A stretch of 63,004 nucleotides of DNA, the filler included, from Octopus bimaculoides (taxonomy: Eukaryota), in the NCBI RefSeq assembly GCF_001194135.2. It is 6 parts of 5 records of this genome, joined end to end, with 100 filler letters (N's around TTAATTAATTAA, not from the genome) between each part and the next. Parts side by side here need not be neighbours in the genome. Positions count along the whole stretch, not along the records: positions 1 to 29,450 come from NC_068984.1; 5 more parts are not named here. One strand, 5' to 3'. A model generated the notes under the pieces. That model ran no database searches. It was not told the DNA's origin and saw only the letters and a program-made list of their open reading frames with translations. Positions 12,898 to 25,292 of the stretch are shown here, one piece after another. The translations under genes were made by a program, and so were the position numbers. Numbering within the stretch: the first letter of the stretch is position 1; the number at the start of each line of letters is the position of its first letter.

Positions 12898-14537
12898 ACA
12901 CACACAAACACACAGAGGCATGCACACATATAAGAATTTAAATGTCTAATTACACGATAAAATATAAAAATAGAAGCATCTTGAACAAGTTATTCAACTG
13001 TTATAAACCTCAGAATTTTTTTTATGAGCATAAACATATATAATCGTAATTTACGCTCCAGAAAATGTCATTAAATAGACAGCTTTTTCAGAAAGTTATA
13101 ACGAAATGAAGAAGGTAGGAGGATAGGAGAACTAAACTCTAATTATGACCAAAAATATGCTTTAATAAGGAAGATATGTTGAAACAAATTCGAAGGGGTG
13201 CACTCAATTGTAGCTTTCATATTTGTATATTTATAGCGTTGATCAATTTCTCAATTATATGTAAACAGATTTTTTGTTAAACTTACATCACTGAATCCAT
13301 AAAAAGTTATTAAACGATAGTCTTCTATTAAGATTAGAAAGACAATCATGTAATGAAGTGTTCGTTAAAAGCATGCTAATTGAAGAACCGAGCTTATATA
13401 ATGATGTCTTATCAACTGCTCTAATCATTGCCTGAGTTTGTCTTTTGGATCAAGCTTGTGCATTACGAAATATACAGATAATAAACCCAAGGATGAAACT
13501 TTCTGAGATGATTTCAGATATCAAAGAAAATTGTTGTAAAGAATTGTTGAGATATTGCAGAAACGTTTAAGGTCGAGTAAACGTTGAATGCATATACATG
13601 TATGAAGTTCTGTGAGTGTGTTTTGTATGTGTGTAATATATGCATGTATGTACCTAGTGTATATTCCATCTTCAGTCTTTCATTTGCCATATATAATGTG
13701 TGTATATATATNNNNNNNNNNNNNNNNNNNNNNNNNNNNNNNNNNNNNNNNNNNNNNNNNNNNNNNNNNNNNNNNNNNNNNNNNNNNNNNNNNNNNNNNN
13801 NNNNNNNNNNNNNNNNNNNNNNNNNNNNNNNNNNNNNNNNNNNNNNNNNNNNNNNNNNNNNNNNNNNNNNNNNNNNNNNNNNNNNNNNNNNNNNNNNNNN
13901 NNNNNNNNNNNNNNNNNNNNNNNNNNNNNNNNNNNNNNNNNNNNNNNNNNNNNNNNNNNNNNNNNNNNNNNNNNNNNNNNNNNNNNNNNNNNNNNNNNNN
14001 NNNNNNNNNNNNNNNNNNNNNNNNNNNNNNNNNNNNNNNNNNNNNNNNNNNNNNNNNNNNNNNNNNNNNNNNNNNNNNNNNNNNNNNNNNNNNNNNNNNN
14101 NNNNNNNNNNNNNNNNNNNNNNNNNNNNNNNNNNNNNNNNNNNNNNNNNNNNNNNNNNNNNNNNNNNNNNNNNNNNNNNNNNNNNNNNNNNNNNNNNNNN
14201 NNNNNNNNNNNNNNNNNNNNNNNNNNNNNNNNNNNNNNNNNNNNNNATATATATATATATATATATATTTACATCTGTCAGACGGGACTTGATGACTGCT
14301 ATGAAGCAGGAAAGTATACTAGCCCATATATATATTTAATACTCAATATTTCATATATTCAATAAGACATTCAATACTTCATTTCATTTTATTATTTATA
14401 TTATGTATTCCATATTCTATATCCCACATTAATTTTATAAGAATATAAATAAAACATAAAATATATTTACAATCATATAACAATATCTGATGATATAATA
14501 TAATGAAATGATAGAATGTTAAGTGTCCATTCTGTTT

Positions 14538-14580
14538 GGACAATTACTTTCGTGCATTAAAACATGCAATCTTCAGGTTC
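14538..14580 (-). ncRNA. Degenerate minimal type I hammerhead-like motif (left arm)
   Basis: Minus strand gaac-CTGAAGA-t[tgcat]gtttta[atgca]c-GAAA-gtaa-TT-gtcc; stem II intact, stems I and III each with one mismatch. Confidence 0.45.
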
Positions 14581-15283
14581 GTGTATTAGTGGTGGCATTT
14601 ATGTTTTACAATGTAAAACTGTAGTGAGATGGCTAAACTGTGTGCCTTAAATACATTTGTATAGGCTCCAAATGTTAATCCTTGCAAACTCTACTCTGAC
14701 CAATCAGTGCATTGAATTTACTAAATTACTTCAGTTGATTGGTGCTTGGTTTAATCGTCATGGTTTGTTGAACATGTCAAGAGACCTATATTTTCACCCT
14801 GGCCAAAGCAGTAATTGTTGGGCTATTTTTAGAAATGTTGTAAAGGTGCTCATGATGACGGTAGCAGGAAAATACTAAATAAATCAAGAGAAAAGTCAGT
14901 AACAATAATCTTTCTTTTGGGTTTAAAGTTCTATTACAACAGCTACTCCTACCACCACTACCACCAGCAACAGTAACAACAACGACAACAATAATAAAGG
15001 AGATGATAATGGTGATATGTTGTTTACATTTCTAAAAATAGCCCAACAATTACTGCTTTGGCCAGAGTCAAAATACAGGTCTCTTGACATGTTCAACAAA
15101 CCATGACGCCTAAACCAGACACCAATCAACTGAAGTAATTTAGTAAAATCACACACTGATTGGTCGGAATACAGTTTGCAAAAATTAACATCCTAGAGCG
15201 TATACAAATGTATTTAAGGCACACAATTTAACCACCCCACTACAGTTGTAAATGGTAAAACATAACTGTTACCACTGCTGCAG

Positions 15284-15326
15284 GAACCTGAAGATTGCAT
15301 AGCCTAATCTATGAAAGTACTAGTTC
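15284..15326 (+). ncRNA. Minimal type I hammerhead-like motif (right arm)
   Basis: gaac-CTGAAGA-ttgcatagcctaatctat-GAAA-gtac-TA-gttc: stem I gaac/gttc, palindromic stem III AGTACT, UA site; stem II decayed. Confidence 0.55.
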
Positions 15327-15462
15327 AATCAAAATGGGCATTTAATATTCTATAATTTCATTATATTATTTTATATTATATTATTATAATATTGTAAATA
15401 AAACAAATCAAAGTTGGAATTTCTCAGAGTAATATATTCTTTTATACACAATCATACATACC

Positions 15463-15590
15463 CGAAACGTTAAAGACGTAGCTCGAAACGTTAAAGACTT
15501 TCTCTATTCCCGAGCGCTAAACTAATACATCCTTTTGTTGTTTACACCACCTGTCCTCGTCTGTTGTTGTCTTTTTCGTAAATTCTCCCA
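15463..15590 (+). mobile_element. 5'-truncated PLE pLTR-like fragment holding only the 3' half of a hammerhead
   Basis: gctc-GAAA-cg-TT-aaaga; CGAAACGTTAAAGAC is duplicated at 15463-15477 and 15484-15498; CUGANGA is absent. Confidence 0.5.
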
Positions 15591-15622
<32 letters not shown>

Positions 15623-15649
15623 CATATATACATATATATATATATTGGA

Positions 15650-15815
15650 AGGTTTGGTGATGATGTACAAGAATTATATATTAGAAAAAATAATAATCAG
15701 GTACTCAGATGTCTGGATGGTTGTATATTTACAGATTTTCATTCATATGTCACATGTTTTATAAATCAGCGCTTTCACCTAGTCTTGTAGGTTTATCAAA
15801 TTTTGAGAGAAATTA
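15650..15815 (-). mobile_element. PLE pLTR-like fragment with decayed hammerhead-like motif at 15763-15802
   Basis: Minus strand aaat-TTGATAA-[accta]caagac[taggt]-GAAA-gcgc-TG-attt; stem II and palindromic AGCGCT intact, core mutated at two positions, G at position 17. Confidence 0.45.
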
Positions 15816-16415
15816 GTCTTGCGTATATATATATTTACATACATACATATATGTGTATACATACATATATACGTACATACATACATGCAGACATACATAC
15901 ATACATACAAACATAATACATATATACATATACACTCACACAGACATATATAGTTAGGTTATATTCTGTTAAGAACGTAGTAAAGTGCAGTACAAAACTC
16001 GTCCATCTTCAGATAGCACCCAGTGCTATCCAACAGTAGTATTATACCTACTGCCAGATTTGCGTTGGGGCTTCTGTTGTGTGTGAATTAATAATTGAAT
16101 AAGTTTGTGTCAATATGAAGGAATACAAAGGAGCATTTGAGCATCAGAGGAACATTTATCTGCAATCACTACAGTTGCTTCTACGCAACGTGGAAACAAT
16201 TGTAGTGATTACAAATAAATGTTCCTCTGTACTCCTTGTTGACTCCAGCTTATTCAATTTCATGTGTGCGCGTGTATGTGTGTATGTGTGTGAGTATACT
16301 AGTATATGTACAAACATGTCTATATATGTACTTGGATTATATAAAGGCATACATATATACATTTATAAATGTGTGTATTTTTACACACACTCACATACGT
16401 ACACACATAAATATT

Positions 16416-16464
<49 letters not shown>

Positions 16465-16792
16465 TCATATATGATATTTACCCATCGTTACTCATTTCTT
16501 ATTTTTTATCCTCTGTTTCTATTGACATAAGATTTTTTTTTTTAATTNNNNNNNNNNNNNNNNNNNNNNNNNNNNNNNNNNNNNNNNNNNNNNNNNNNNN
16601 NNNNNNNNNNNNNNNNNNNNNNNNNNNNNNNNNNNNNNNNNNNNNNNNNNNNNNNNNNNNNNNNNNNNNNNNNNNNNNNNNNNNNNNNNNNNNNNNNNNN
16701 NNNNNNNNNNNNNNNNNNNNNNNNNNNNNNNNNNNNNNNNNNNNNNNNNNNNNNNNNNNNNNNNNNNNNNNNNNNNNNNNACACACACACAC

Positions 16793-16817
16793 AGATAGAT
16801 AGATAGATAGATAGATT

Positions 16818-16852
<35 letters not shown>

Positions 16853-16879
16853 GGATAGATAGATAGATAGATAGATGGG

Positions 16880-16939
<60 letters not shown>

Positions 16940-16948
16940 CAGATAGAC

Positions 16949-16992
<44 letters not shown>
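16793..16992. repeat. (AGAT)n tetranucleotide array
   Basis: Directly visible. Confidence 0.97.
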
Positions 16993-16993
<1 letters not shown>

Positions 16994-17689
16994 CACACGC
17001 GTGCATTTAATCACATATACATACATGTAAATACATGCAATAACTCATAAACACATACCGTTACACTTATGCACACATTCATACATACATCACAAACAGA
17101 ACTGTTTACATTACGAGCCAAGAAATCAACGAAACAAAATAGAAGTAAAAAAATAGGGGAAAAGATCCAAAGCGAGGCTCCTCTCAACATTCCAGTGCAA
17201 CCAACTTAAGGATGCTGAGTCATGGCATAAAAATAAAAATAAAAAATTGTTAAAAATAAAACTAAAGAAAACTGACATGATGGATTCATTATATTTCTCT
17301 ACTGCAGACGAGCTATTTCTTTATTAAATTAATTATTTATTCACATATATTTTTTTATATTTTTCTGTTCAATTCATTATAAAGAAAATTCAATCGTTCA
17401 TTCGTTAAAATAGATATTTAATCGTACTTAAGAACGAAAATAGTATAGAATGATTAAACAACTAAGCTCTACATTAGGTATTGAGCGGTTTCTTCAGTTA
17501 ATGCGTGTCGTCTTTTAAGCACCGCATTGTTATTAATCTTTACTTTTTACATGTTTGTTGGTTTGGTAGAATGGGTTGGACATTGGATGAATTATTTTGT
17601 GGTATTTGTTCCAGTTTTTCATTTTCTGAGATGAAATTCCGCCTGTGTTCAACTTTGCCTTTCAAATGAAGAGCGCTAAATTTGCAGGA

Positions 17690-17880
17690 ATGTCTGAACT
17701 TTGAGAAATATTCTTTTTCGGTATTTAGGTGCACTGTTGGATGTTGCGAGTTCACCTCCCGTCGAGGTCATCCTTTTGGTGTTGATGAAATAAAATATCA
17801 TTCAGGTGCTGTACTGAAATCGATTTAATCGACGAACCCAGGCGTTCAAATTTGTAGCCTTCTACCTTTGTTAGAAATTA
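17690..17880 (+). mobile_element. SINE family B, strongly decayed
   Basis: gtcgaggtcatccttttggtgttgatgaaataaa...tcgatttaatcgac matches the family B core. Confidence 0.5.
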
Positions 17881-19129
17881 TCATTTATTCATATATAATA
17901 TAGTTCTTGTTTTCCCAGTTCGGACAAACCTAGGATCAATGTCGTTGTAACAATGACCATCCTATCTTATTTGGATTTTCGTTTTTCCAGACAATGTGTG
18001 TATGTAGTCGTACATTATCGAACGTGTTGTAACTCTGTTTGCATTATTCCATATCTCTTCCTCCTTTTACTCTCCTCCTCCCTTTTTCTGTCCTTCCCTC
18101 GTCATTCTTTCTCTCTTCCCTACTTCTACATCTTCATTCTTCCTCTCTCCCCTACACCTCGATCTTCTCTTTCCATTTATTGTCGTTGGTTTTGTTCTTG
18201 CTGCTGTTGATATGATTGTGCTTTACAGCACCAGCAGCAGCAGCATCAACAGCTTTCATCGAGTAAACTGACCAAAAGCATTGACTATTCTGTCTTTTTT
18301 ATTTGATTCAGGATTGATTATTCAATCCAAACTTATCCTTACTTTTCTAAAGATAGTAGGTCGTGCATGTTTTGAGGGAGATTTGATTGCCATTTCAAGA
18401 AACATAATTATTTCATTTTTGCATTTTTTCTTCATGTTCACCGCATTATACGTATTGAAAGTAAGTCAATGTTTATCTGAATCCAGCTATTAAGTACATA
18501 GTATATTATACGTATTACACACATGTGACTATTACACACCAAATATACCGTTTTATCGCACGAAATACTGTTTTCACATACGGAATATACTGTTTATTCA
18601 ACACACGTACATACATGGAAATAATGAACAGTGACAAACGAGAAACAAAAAGAAACGAGCGAAACTTGGATTAAAACTGCCGTCTAAAACAAATAAACTA
18701 TGCCCATGGAAAAATTAATCAACAACAAAAGGACCATCGGCCAAGGCAGGATATGAAATTAATTTCATAGCATGAGTTTATTGCGACCACGATACAAAAT
18801 ACCGTGACAAGTGATTCAGAAACTGTCATCTTAAAAAAAATTGACCTCCAGCCTGTCTCTTACTATCGATACAGTTCATTTGACTTTATGGGAGCAATTT
18901 ATATAATTCCAGTTGTGTATGCCATTATTTTAGATGCCCTACTAATTTTAATTATTTTAATGAAGTTCTCACAAGCAAAAGCAGTCCGTGTTAAACGATC
19001 TCACACCAACGACTGTCTATCAGCCTGTCAACCTGACCGGAACTCCAAGTTGGACATCGTTTTTCAGTTTGAATATAGAAAACTTTAAGCAAATTAATCG
19101 TATGATGGGTACATTTTAAGATAGCCCCG

Positions 19130-20130
19130 ATAGGTGTCTCCACTGGACCTGCACAAAATGAAGCCAAACACATTTACTCAAATTAGCAAAATCGTCGTAA
19201 CACACCTGTACACGTCTTGCCAATGTCGTTGAGATTCTTGATACTTTGTGCTCAATAAATATATCTGAATCCTTACAAATTATGTCATATAAAACGACCA
19301 GCAGTGAGAAACTAAGAGGGTGGGGTGGTGGGCTAAATAAATGACTGCTCACTCGATGATAACAATGTTCTGAGCTAGCGAAAATTAATCTTCGCATTAG
19401 TGGCACCCAGACGACCTAACAGACTGTAGAAATGACAACCTAACAACAATTTTGAAACATGAAGTCAGTAATTATGTCACAGCAGGTGTGCTTATTACCA
19501 TCCATAGCAGGCAGATGCCTACAGAAAGTGATGCAATCTCTACAGTTGTCGATAGGGAGCAACCGTGTCGTCCATGATCGGACCAAAATTGCTGACTAAA
19601 GTGTCAAAGGAGCTTCAAAAAGAATCTCATTGAATAACACTTTTGCTGGTTTCTCTGATGGAACCAATAATGAATTATTCAAGAACACAAAACTATTTAA
19701 TGATTCTATTATACCACACCACTCGTTCAAGCTAGATCGTATGCCTCATGCGTGACCGACGGCACCGTTCTCAAAGCTTTGACCTCGATGGAATCTGGTT
19801 CTGTCGGTGGTCCTGACGGCGTAAGGTCAAGCTATCTGAAAGACTTACAAAAAAACCAACACAATGAATCGGACAATAAACTTTTGACAGTTATAACACG
19901 ACTTTGAACCATATGTTCGTTGGTAGGGTTCTCGCGTATGCTTGTGATGAGTTCTCATCAGGAACACTGTCTGTTACGCACAGAATTTTTTTTAAAGTAG
20001 TGGGAGGCGGATTAAGTCCATCTTCGTAAGCAACATTTTCAGATAACTGGCCTCCCGAACAGCTATTCAAAATGTCAAATTTAAATTGGAGAATGAAGTA
20101 ATTACAAGCGACACAAATAGCCGTCACTGC
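19130..20130 (+). mobile_element. CRE-clade non-LTR retrotransposon reverse-transcriptase remnant (possibly extends to ~20530)
   Basis: VLKALTSMESGSVGGPDGVRSSYLKDL...KLLTVITRL.NHMFVGRV...VGGGL.P...SNIFR.LA matches the CRE pattern GSAGGPDGLRPQHLKDL...LT.L.N..L.G.VP...DGGIRPIAVG...RRL. Confidence 0.7.
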
Positions 20131-22250
20131 TAGACACATATATCATTGATAGAAACAACTAGTGTCGACGGAAAAATAAATGAAATCTTTATCAATGCCA
20201 CCAAAATAAAGATAACTAAATCAAGGTTTGACACTGAATGGTTTGGTGCTTCTTTGTCTCAAACTGCTGCTGGAATAGAAAGAGCAAAAACAAATTTTAA
20301 AAAAATATTTCTTCCTTTAAAACGTCTCCTATTAGTCAGATTCAGACTTCGTTTGGGATTTGAATTCAGGGACCTAGACAGATACCACAAAGTATTTTGT
20401 TCGACGTTTTGTTGTTTAATCCTCTTGATCAAGCAGACCTATGATCAAAGCTTTACAGCCATGACCATTGCATCGAGGACTACTTTATCCAATGTGAATT
20501 TTATTTAAGATGACCGGGTGTCTGATATGATGTAAATATGGCTACTTTTTCTAGCTTTCTATACGATTATGTAGAGATTCCCACGCTCTACACGAGCTAC
20601 TTTTGCTTAGGAACTGTAGAAGAGGCAAAATATCTTTATAAAATTCCATTCAAAGAAAGTTTCATTCAATGTTTCAGTATTATTAAAAGAAATGGGGAGG
20701 GAAGGGTTTAAATATATTTATTCAATTCCGCAAAAGTTCATATAAAATATGCTACTATGCTTTATACGCATCTCGATCCGGGGCTTAACCTATCTCAAAA
20801 CCTTCATAATTCTATGTATATAATACGCAATGTTGCACAACTGCAGTATATAGATAATCGGCTATAACCGAATATATGTTCTTAAATTTTCATTTTATAT
20901 AAAATATATTGATATATAATAAATATATTGATATACAATCAAAAAATATTAATAACATAGATAAAATTTTATTACCTTAGCGTGTATTTTTTTCTTTTTT
21001 TTTTTTTTGCTTAAGAAAAATGGGCGTGGGAAAAACGTAAAAACATTATTAAACACACCCCTAAATTTAATTCTGATCTTAATGAAAAAAAAATGTGAGT
21101 ATTATATACAGTATGGTAGTTTTACGAAGTATTTAAAATTAAAAAGAAACGCCATATAAGCTATCAAACAAATTGTTAAAAAAATAAAAACAGCCAAACA
21201 ATTTCCAAAATACAAAAATCAAAAAAAAAAAAAAAGATATTAATAAAGAAATATATGTGAATACATTTTTTTCTATGTATAAATTGTTCTGAAAGTCAAA
21301 AGCAAATGATCCTTATCGTATCATCCTTAAATGCAATAAAAATAATCATAATATCCGTTCTACATATAAACAATCATTGTTATGTATTTTTTAAAACTAT
21401 TTTAAAATTTCATATATAAATATATATACATACATAAATACATACACACACACACACACACACACACATATATGTATATATATATCCATCCACTTCCTAT
21501 TTTTATTGATATACATTATTTTCTTTTTATGTATTTATTCTATACACCATCTTCTTAGGCTTCGAGTTCTAGTTTTTAATTTAGTTTACTTTTCTGCGTC
21601 AGTGTGCGCGTGTGTTCGTATGCGTGTGTGTTCACGTGTGTATGTGTGAATGAGNNNNNNNNNNNNNNNNNNNNNNNNNNNNNNNNNNNNNNNNNNNNNN
21701 NNNNNNNNNNNNNNNNNNNNNNNNNNNNNNNNNNNNNNNNNNNNNNNNNNNNNNNNNNNNNNNNNNNNNNNNNNNNNNNNNNNNNNNNNNNNNNNNNNNN
21801 NNNNNNNNNNNNNNNNNNNNNNNNNNNNNNNNNNNNNNNNNNNNNNNNNNNNNNNNNNNNNNNNNNNNNNNNNNNNNNNNNNNNNNNNNNNNNNNNNNNN
21901 NNNNNNNNNNNNNNNNNNNNNNNNNNNNNNNNNNNNNNNNNNNNNNNNNNNNNNNNNNNNNNNNNNNNNNNNNNNNNNNNNNNNNNNNNNNNNNNNNNNN
22001 NNNNNNNNNNNNNNNNNNNNNNNNNNNNNNNNNNNNNNNNNNNNNNNNNNNNNNNNNNNNNNNNNNNNNNNNNNNNNNNNNNNNNNNNNNNNNNNNNNNN
22101 NNNNNNNNNNNNNNNNNNNNNNNNNNNNNNNNNNNNNNNNNNNNNNNNNNNNNNNNNNNNNNNNNNNNNNNNNNNNNNNNNNNNNNNNNNNNNNNNNNNN
22201 NNNNNNNNNNNNNNNNNNNNNNNNNNNNNNNNNNNNAGAGAGAGAGAGTG

Positions 22251-22281
<31 letters not shown>

Positions 22282-22610
22282 GCATGAGATACCCTTTCAC
22301 TAAGCCCTTGTTTGACCCAATGTTCTTTTTGATTGTGCATCCGTGCATGAGTGTGTGTGTGTGTCTCTCTGTCTCTCTGATTAAGTGTGTAGTGTACCTG
22401 TGCTTACATGCGTGTGTGTGTGTGTGTGTTTGTGCGTGCGCGCGCGTGTATTTAAGGGAATGTTCTATTATGAGTGCTTTCCAGCGTACTCCTATACTTA
22501 TCTATCACGTCTGGTGCAAATTCTCTCGAACTCCTCGAACTGCTAACTTACAGGGACGTAAACAAACCAACACCGGTTGTCATGCAGCGTGGATAGACAA
22601 GCACAAACGG

Positions 22611-22659
<49 letters not shown>

Positions 22660-22769
22660 ACATATATATCTGAGTTTGTATGACTGTGTATGGAAGAATT
22701 TATTAATCAATGAAATTCCAACTTAGTCTGATTTTCACGTTTTCTTATTTGCAATTTTTATAATCTTAC

Positions 22770-22880
22770 AATAATGAAATAGACTAGTACTTTCATGCAT
22801 TACGCAATTATTAGGTTTGTGTAGTGACAGTCGTGTTCCACTATTAATAACTGTAGTGAAATGGTTAGATTTGTCGCTTT
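22770..22880 (-). mobile_element. Third fragment of the 14.4-15.4 kb repeat family, including the degenerate hammerhead segment
   Basis: Minus strand aaac-CTAATAA-ttgcgtaatgcat-GAAA-gtac-TA-gtct; the flank aactgtagtgaaatggttag matches left-arm aactgtagtgagatggctaa. Confidence 0.6.
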
Positions 22881-22884
22881 CAGG

Positions 22885-23572
22885 ACAATAAGCGTAATAT
22901 CAACGATGGTTCCAGAAATTCCGAGCTGGAAGCTACAGCATAGAAGACGAGCCATGGCTTGAAAAATCTGTAGAGCTCGATGAGGACGTCCTGCAAACCC
23001 TGGTGGAACAAAACACTGTTGAGGAACTAGCAGAGAAGCTTGGATTTGGTCATTCAACCATTCATCGACGCATGCGTGCCATCGGAAAAGTCAGCAAATT
23101 GGGTCAATGGGTTCCTTACAAACTCTCCTAGTCTAATCGTGCGCAGGGAGCTAATGTGTGCTCTTCTTTGCTGTCACGTCTCACGAATGAACCATTTTTG
23201 GACCGAATAGTAACTGGTGATGAGAAATGGGTTCTCTATAAAAATGTCAAGCGCCGAAGACAGTAGATAGGTTAAGGAGAAATACCGCACCCCAGGCTAA
23301 AGAAAGTCTTCACCTATGTAAAGTGTTGTTATCTGTTTGGTGAGATGTGTTTGGTCCACTTTGAACTTTTAAACACAAACCAAACGATAACAAAGGAGAT
23401 CTACGGCGAGCAGCTTCGGCGGCTTAAGTCAGCGCTAGAAGAAAAACGACCATCTTTAGTTTCAAGACGAAATAATGCTCAGCCACATACAGCGAAGATG
23501 ACATTCCAAAGGCTGGAGAAGTTTGAATGAGAAACGATGTCACACCCACCATATTTACCACACATTGCCCCA
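22885..23572 (+). mobile_element. mariner transposase pseudogene (Hsmar1-like), 5'-truncated, running into a gap
   Basis: QKFRAGSYSIEDEP...LGQWVPYKL...DRIVTGDEKWVLYKNVKRR...EQLRRLKSALEEKRP...HPPY; several stops. Confidence 0.9.
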
Positions 23573-24462
23573 NNNNNNNNNNNNNNNNNNNNNNNNNNNN
23601 NNNNNNNNNNNNNNNNNNNNNNNNNNNNNNNNNNNNNNNNNNNNNNNNNNNNNNNNNNNNNNNNNNNNNNNNNNNNNNNNNNNNNNNNNNNNNNNNNNNN
23701 NNNNNNNNNNNNNNNNNNNNNNNNNNNNNNNNNNNNNNNNNNNNNNNNNNNNNNNNNNNNNNNNNNNNNNNNNNNNNNNNNNNNNNNNNNNNNNNNNNNN
23801 NNNNNNNNNNNNNNNNNNNNNNNNNNNNNNNNNNNNNNNNNNNNNNNNNNNNNNNNNNNNNNNNNNNNNNNNNNNNNNNNNNNNNNNNNNNNNNNNNNNN
23901 NNNNNNNNNNNNNNNNNNNNNNNNNNNNNNNNNNNNNNNNNNNNNNNNNNNNNNNNNNNNNNNNNNNNNNNNNNNNNNNNNNNNNNNNNNNNNNNNNNNN
24001 NNNNNNNNNNNNNNNNNNNNNNNNNNNNNNNNNNNNNNNNNNNNNNNNNNNNNNNNNNNNNNNNNNNNNNNNNNNNNNNNNNNNNNNNNNNNNNNNNNNN
24101 NNNNNNNNNNNNNNNNNNNNNNNNNNNNNNNNNNNNNNNNNNNNNNNNNNNNNNNNNNNNNNNNNNNNNNNNNNNNNNNNNNNNNNNNNNNNNNNNNNNN
24201 NNNNNNNNNNNNNNNNNNNNNNNNNNNNNNNNNNNNNNNNNNNNNNNNNNNNNNNNNNNNNNNNNNNNNNNNNNNNNNNNNNNNNNNNNNNNNNNNNNNN
24301 NNNNNNNNNNNNNNNNNNNNNNNNNNNNNNNNNNNNNNNNNNNNNNNNNNNNNNNNNNNNNNNNNNNNNNNNNNNNNNNNNNNNNNNNNNNNNNNNNNNN
24401 NNNNNNNNNNNNNNTATATACATACACACGCTGACAGGGTGCGCCCATGCGCGCGCGCGTGT

Positions 24463-24506
<44 letters not shown>

Positions 24507-25070
24507 ATGCATGTGGTTGAGTCAATCGGCTTGTCCGACTAAATTATTTTGCAAGCTGTGTTCCTACCTATCAGTCTATTGCGTTTTCTCCGTCGAGGGG
24601 CGTGGATAGCCAAGTTAACAAGATCGTTGGTTCGCAATCTGTCAACAGTTGAGAGCTGTATCCATAACCACGATACTTAACTCTCAAAGGAGGTGCCCAG
24701 TGACATTTAAAAAGCTACCGATGAATGATATAGCAGCCGACTTCCGTTGTCAGCAAGAACAAAGATCAATTATTTGGCTTCGCCATCTTGTGAAGTTGCG
24801 TGTTACTAAAAACAACTGTAGCACTTAACAATTCAAACACTTCCTTCGGTCGCAAATATGTGCCGTGGAAAGAGTTACAATGAGACATACTGAATGCATG
24901 TGCGTGTGTGTATGTGTGTGCGTCTAAAACATACTTATATCTACATATATATACACACACACTGAAAGAAGCCCATCATATATTACATATATATATATAT
25001 ATATATTAGCGTCTTTCGGCGTCTATTTCTAGCGCATGGAGAGGCTTATAGCCAATCCCTCGTTATAATT

Positions 25071-25099
<29 letters not shown>

Positions 25100-25101
<2 letters not shown>

Positions 25102-25292
25102 CGAAGGATGCTGAAAAGTTCCTGGTTTCAAGGGTATCTTCCGAGTTCTTTTACAGGACTTAGAAAAATTGAAGGACCGCTGCAATGAGTGTGTGCATCA
25201 GAGACGGGAATATGTTGAACAAAATCATAATTAACTGATCTTCCTGTATTTCCTTTTTCCCAAAGACAGGAACTTTTTAGCACCCCCTCGTA
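25100..25292 (+). mobile_element. mariner-derived MITE (~190 bp) with TIRs and TA ends
   Basis: Left TACGAAGGATGCTGAAAAGTTCCTG; right CAGGAACTTTTTAGCACCCCCTCGTA. The interior keeps only the transposase 3' end. Confidence 0.85.

Larger units (their letters stand above)
14436..15446. repeat. Long inverted repeat: two diverged ~400 bp copies of a PLE-like 3' end, head to head
   Basis: 14436-14844 is reverse-complementary to 15023-15446; the ORF-track peptides 14657(+) and 14923(-) are near-identical. Spacer ~180 bp. Confidence 0.9.

Noticed and set aside
14482-14515. CTGATGA...GAAA on the plus strand
   Set aside because: No stem I, II or III pairing; chance match in AT-rich sequence.
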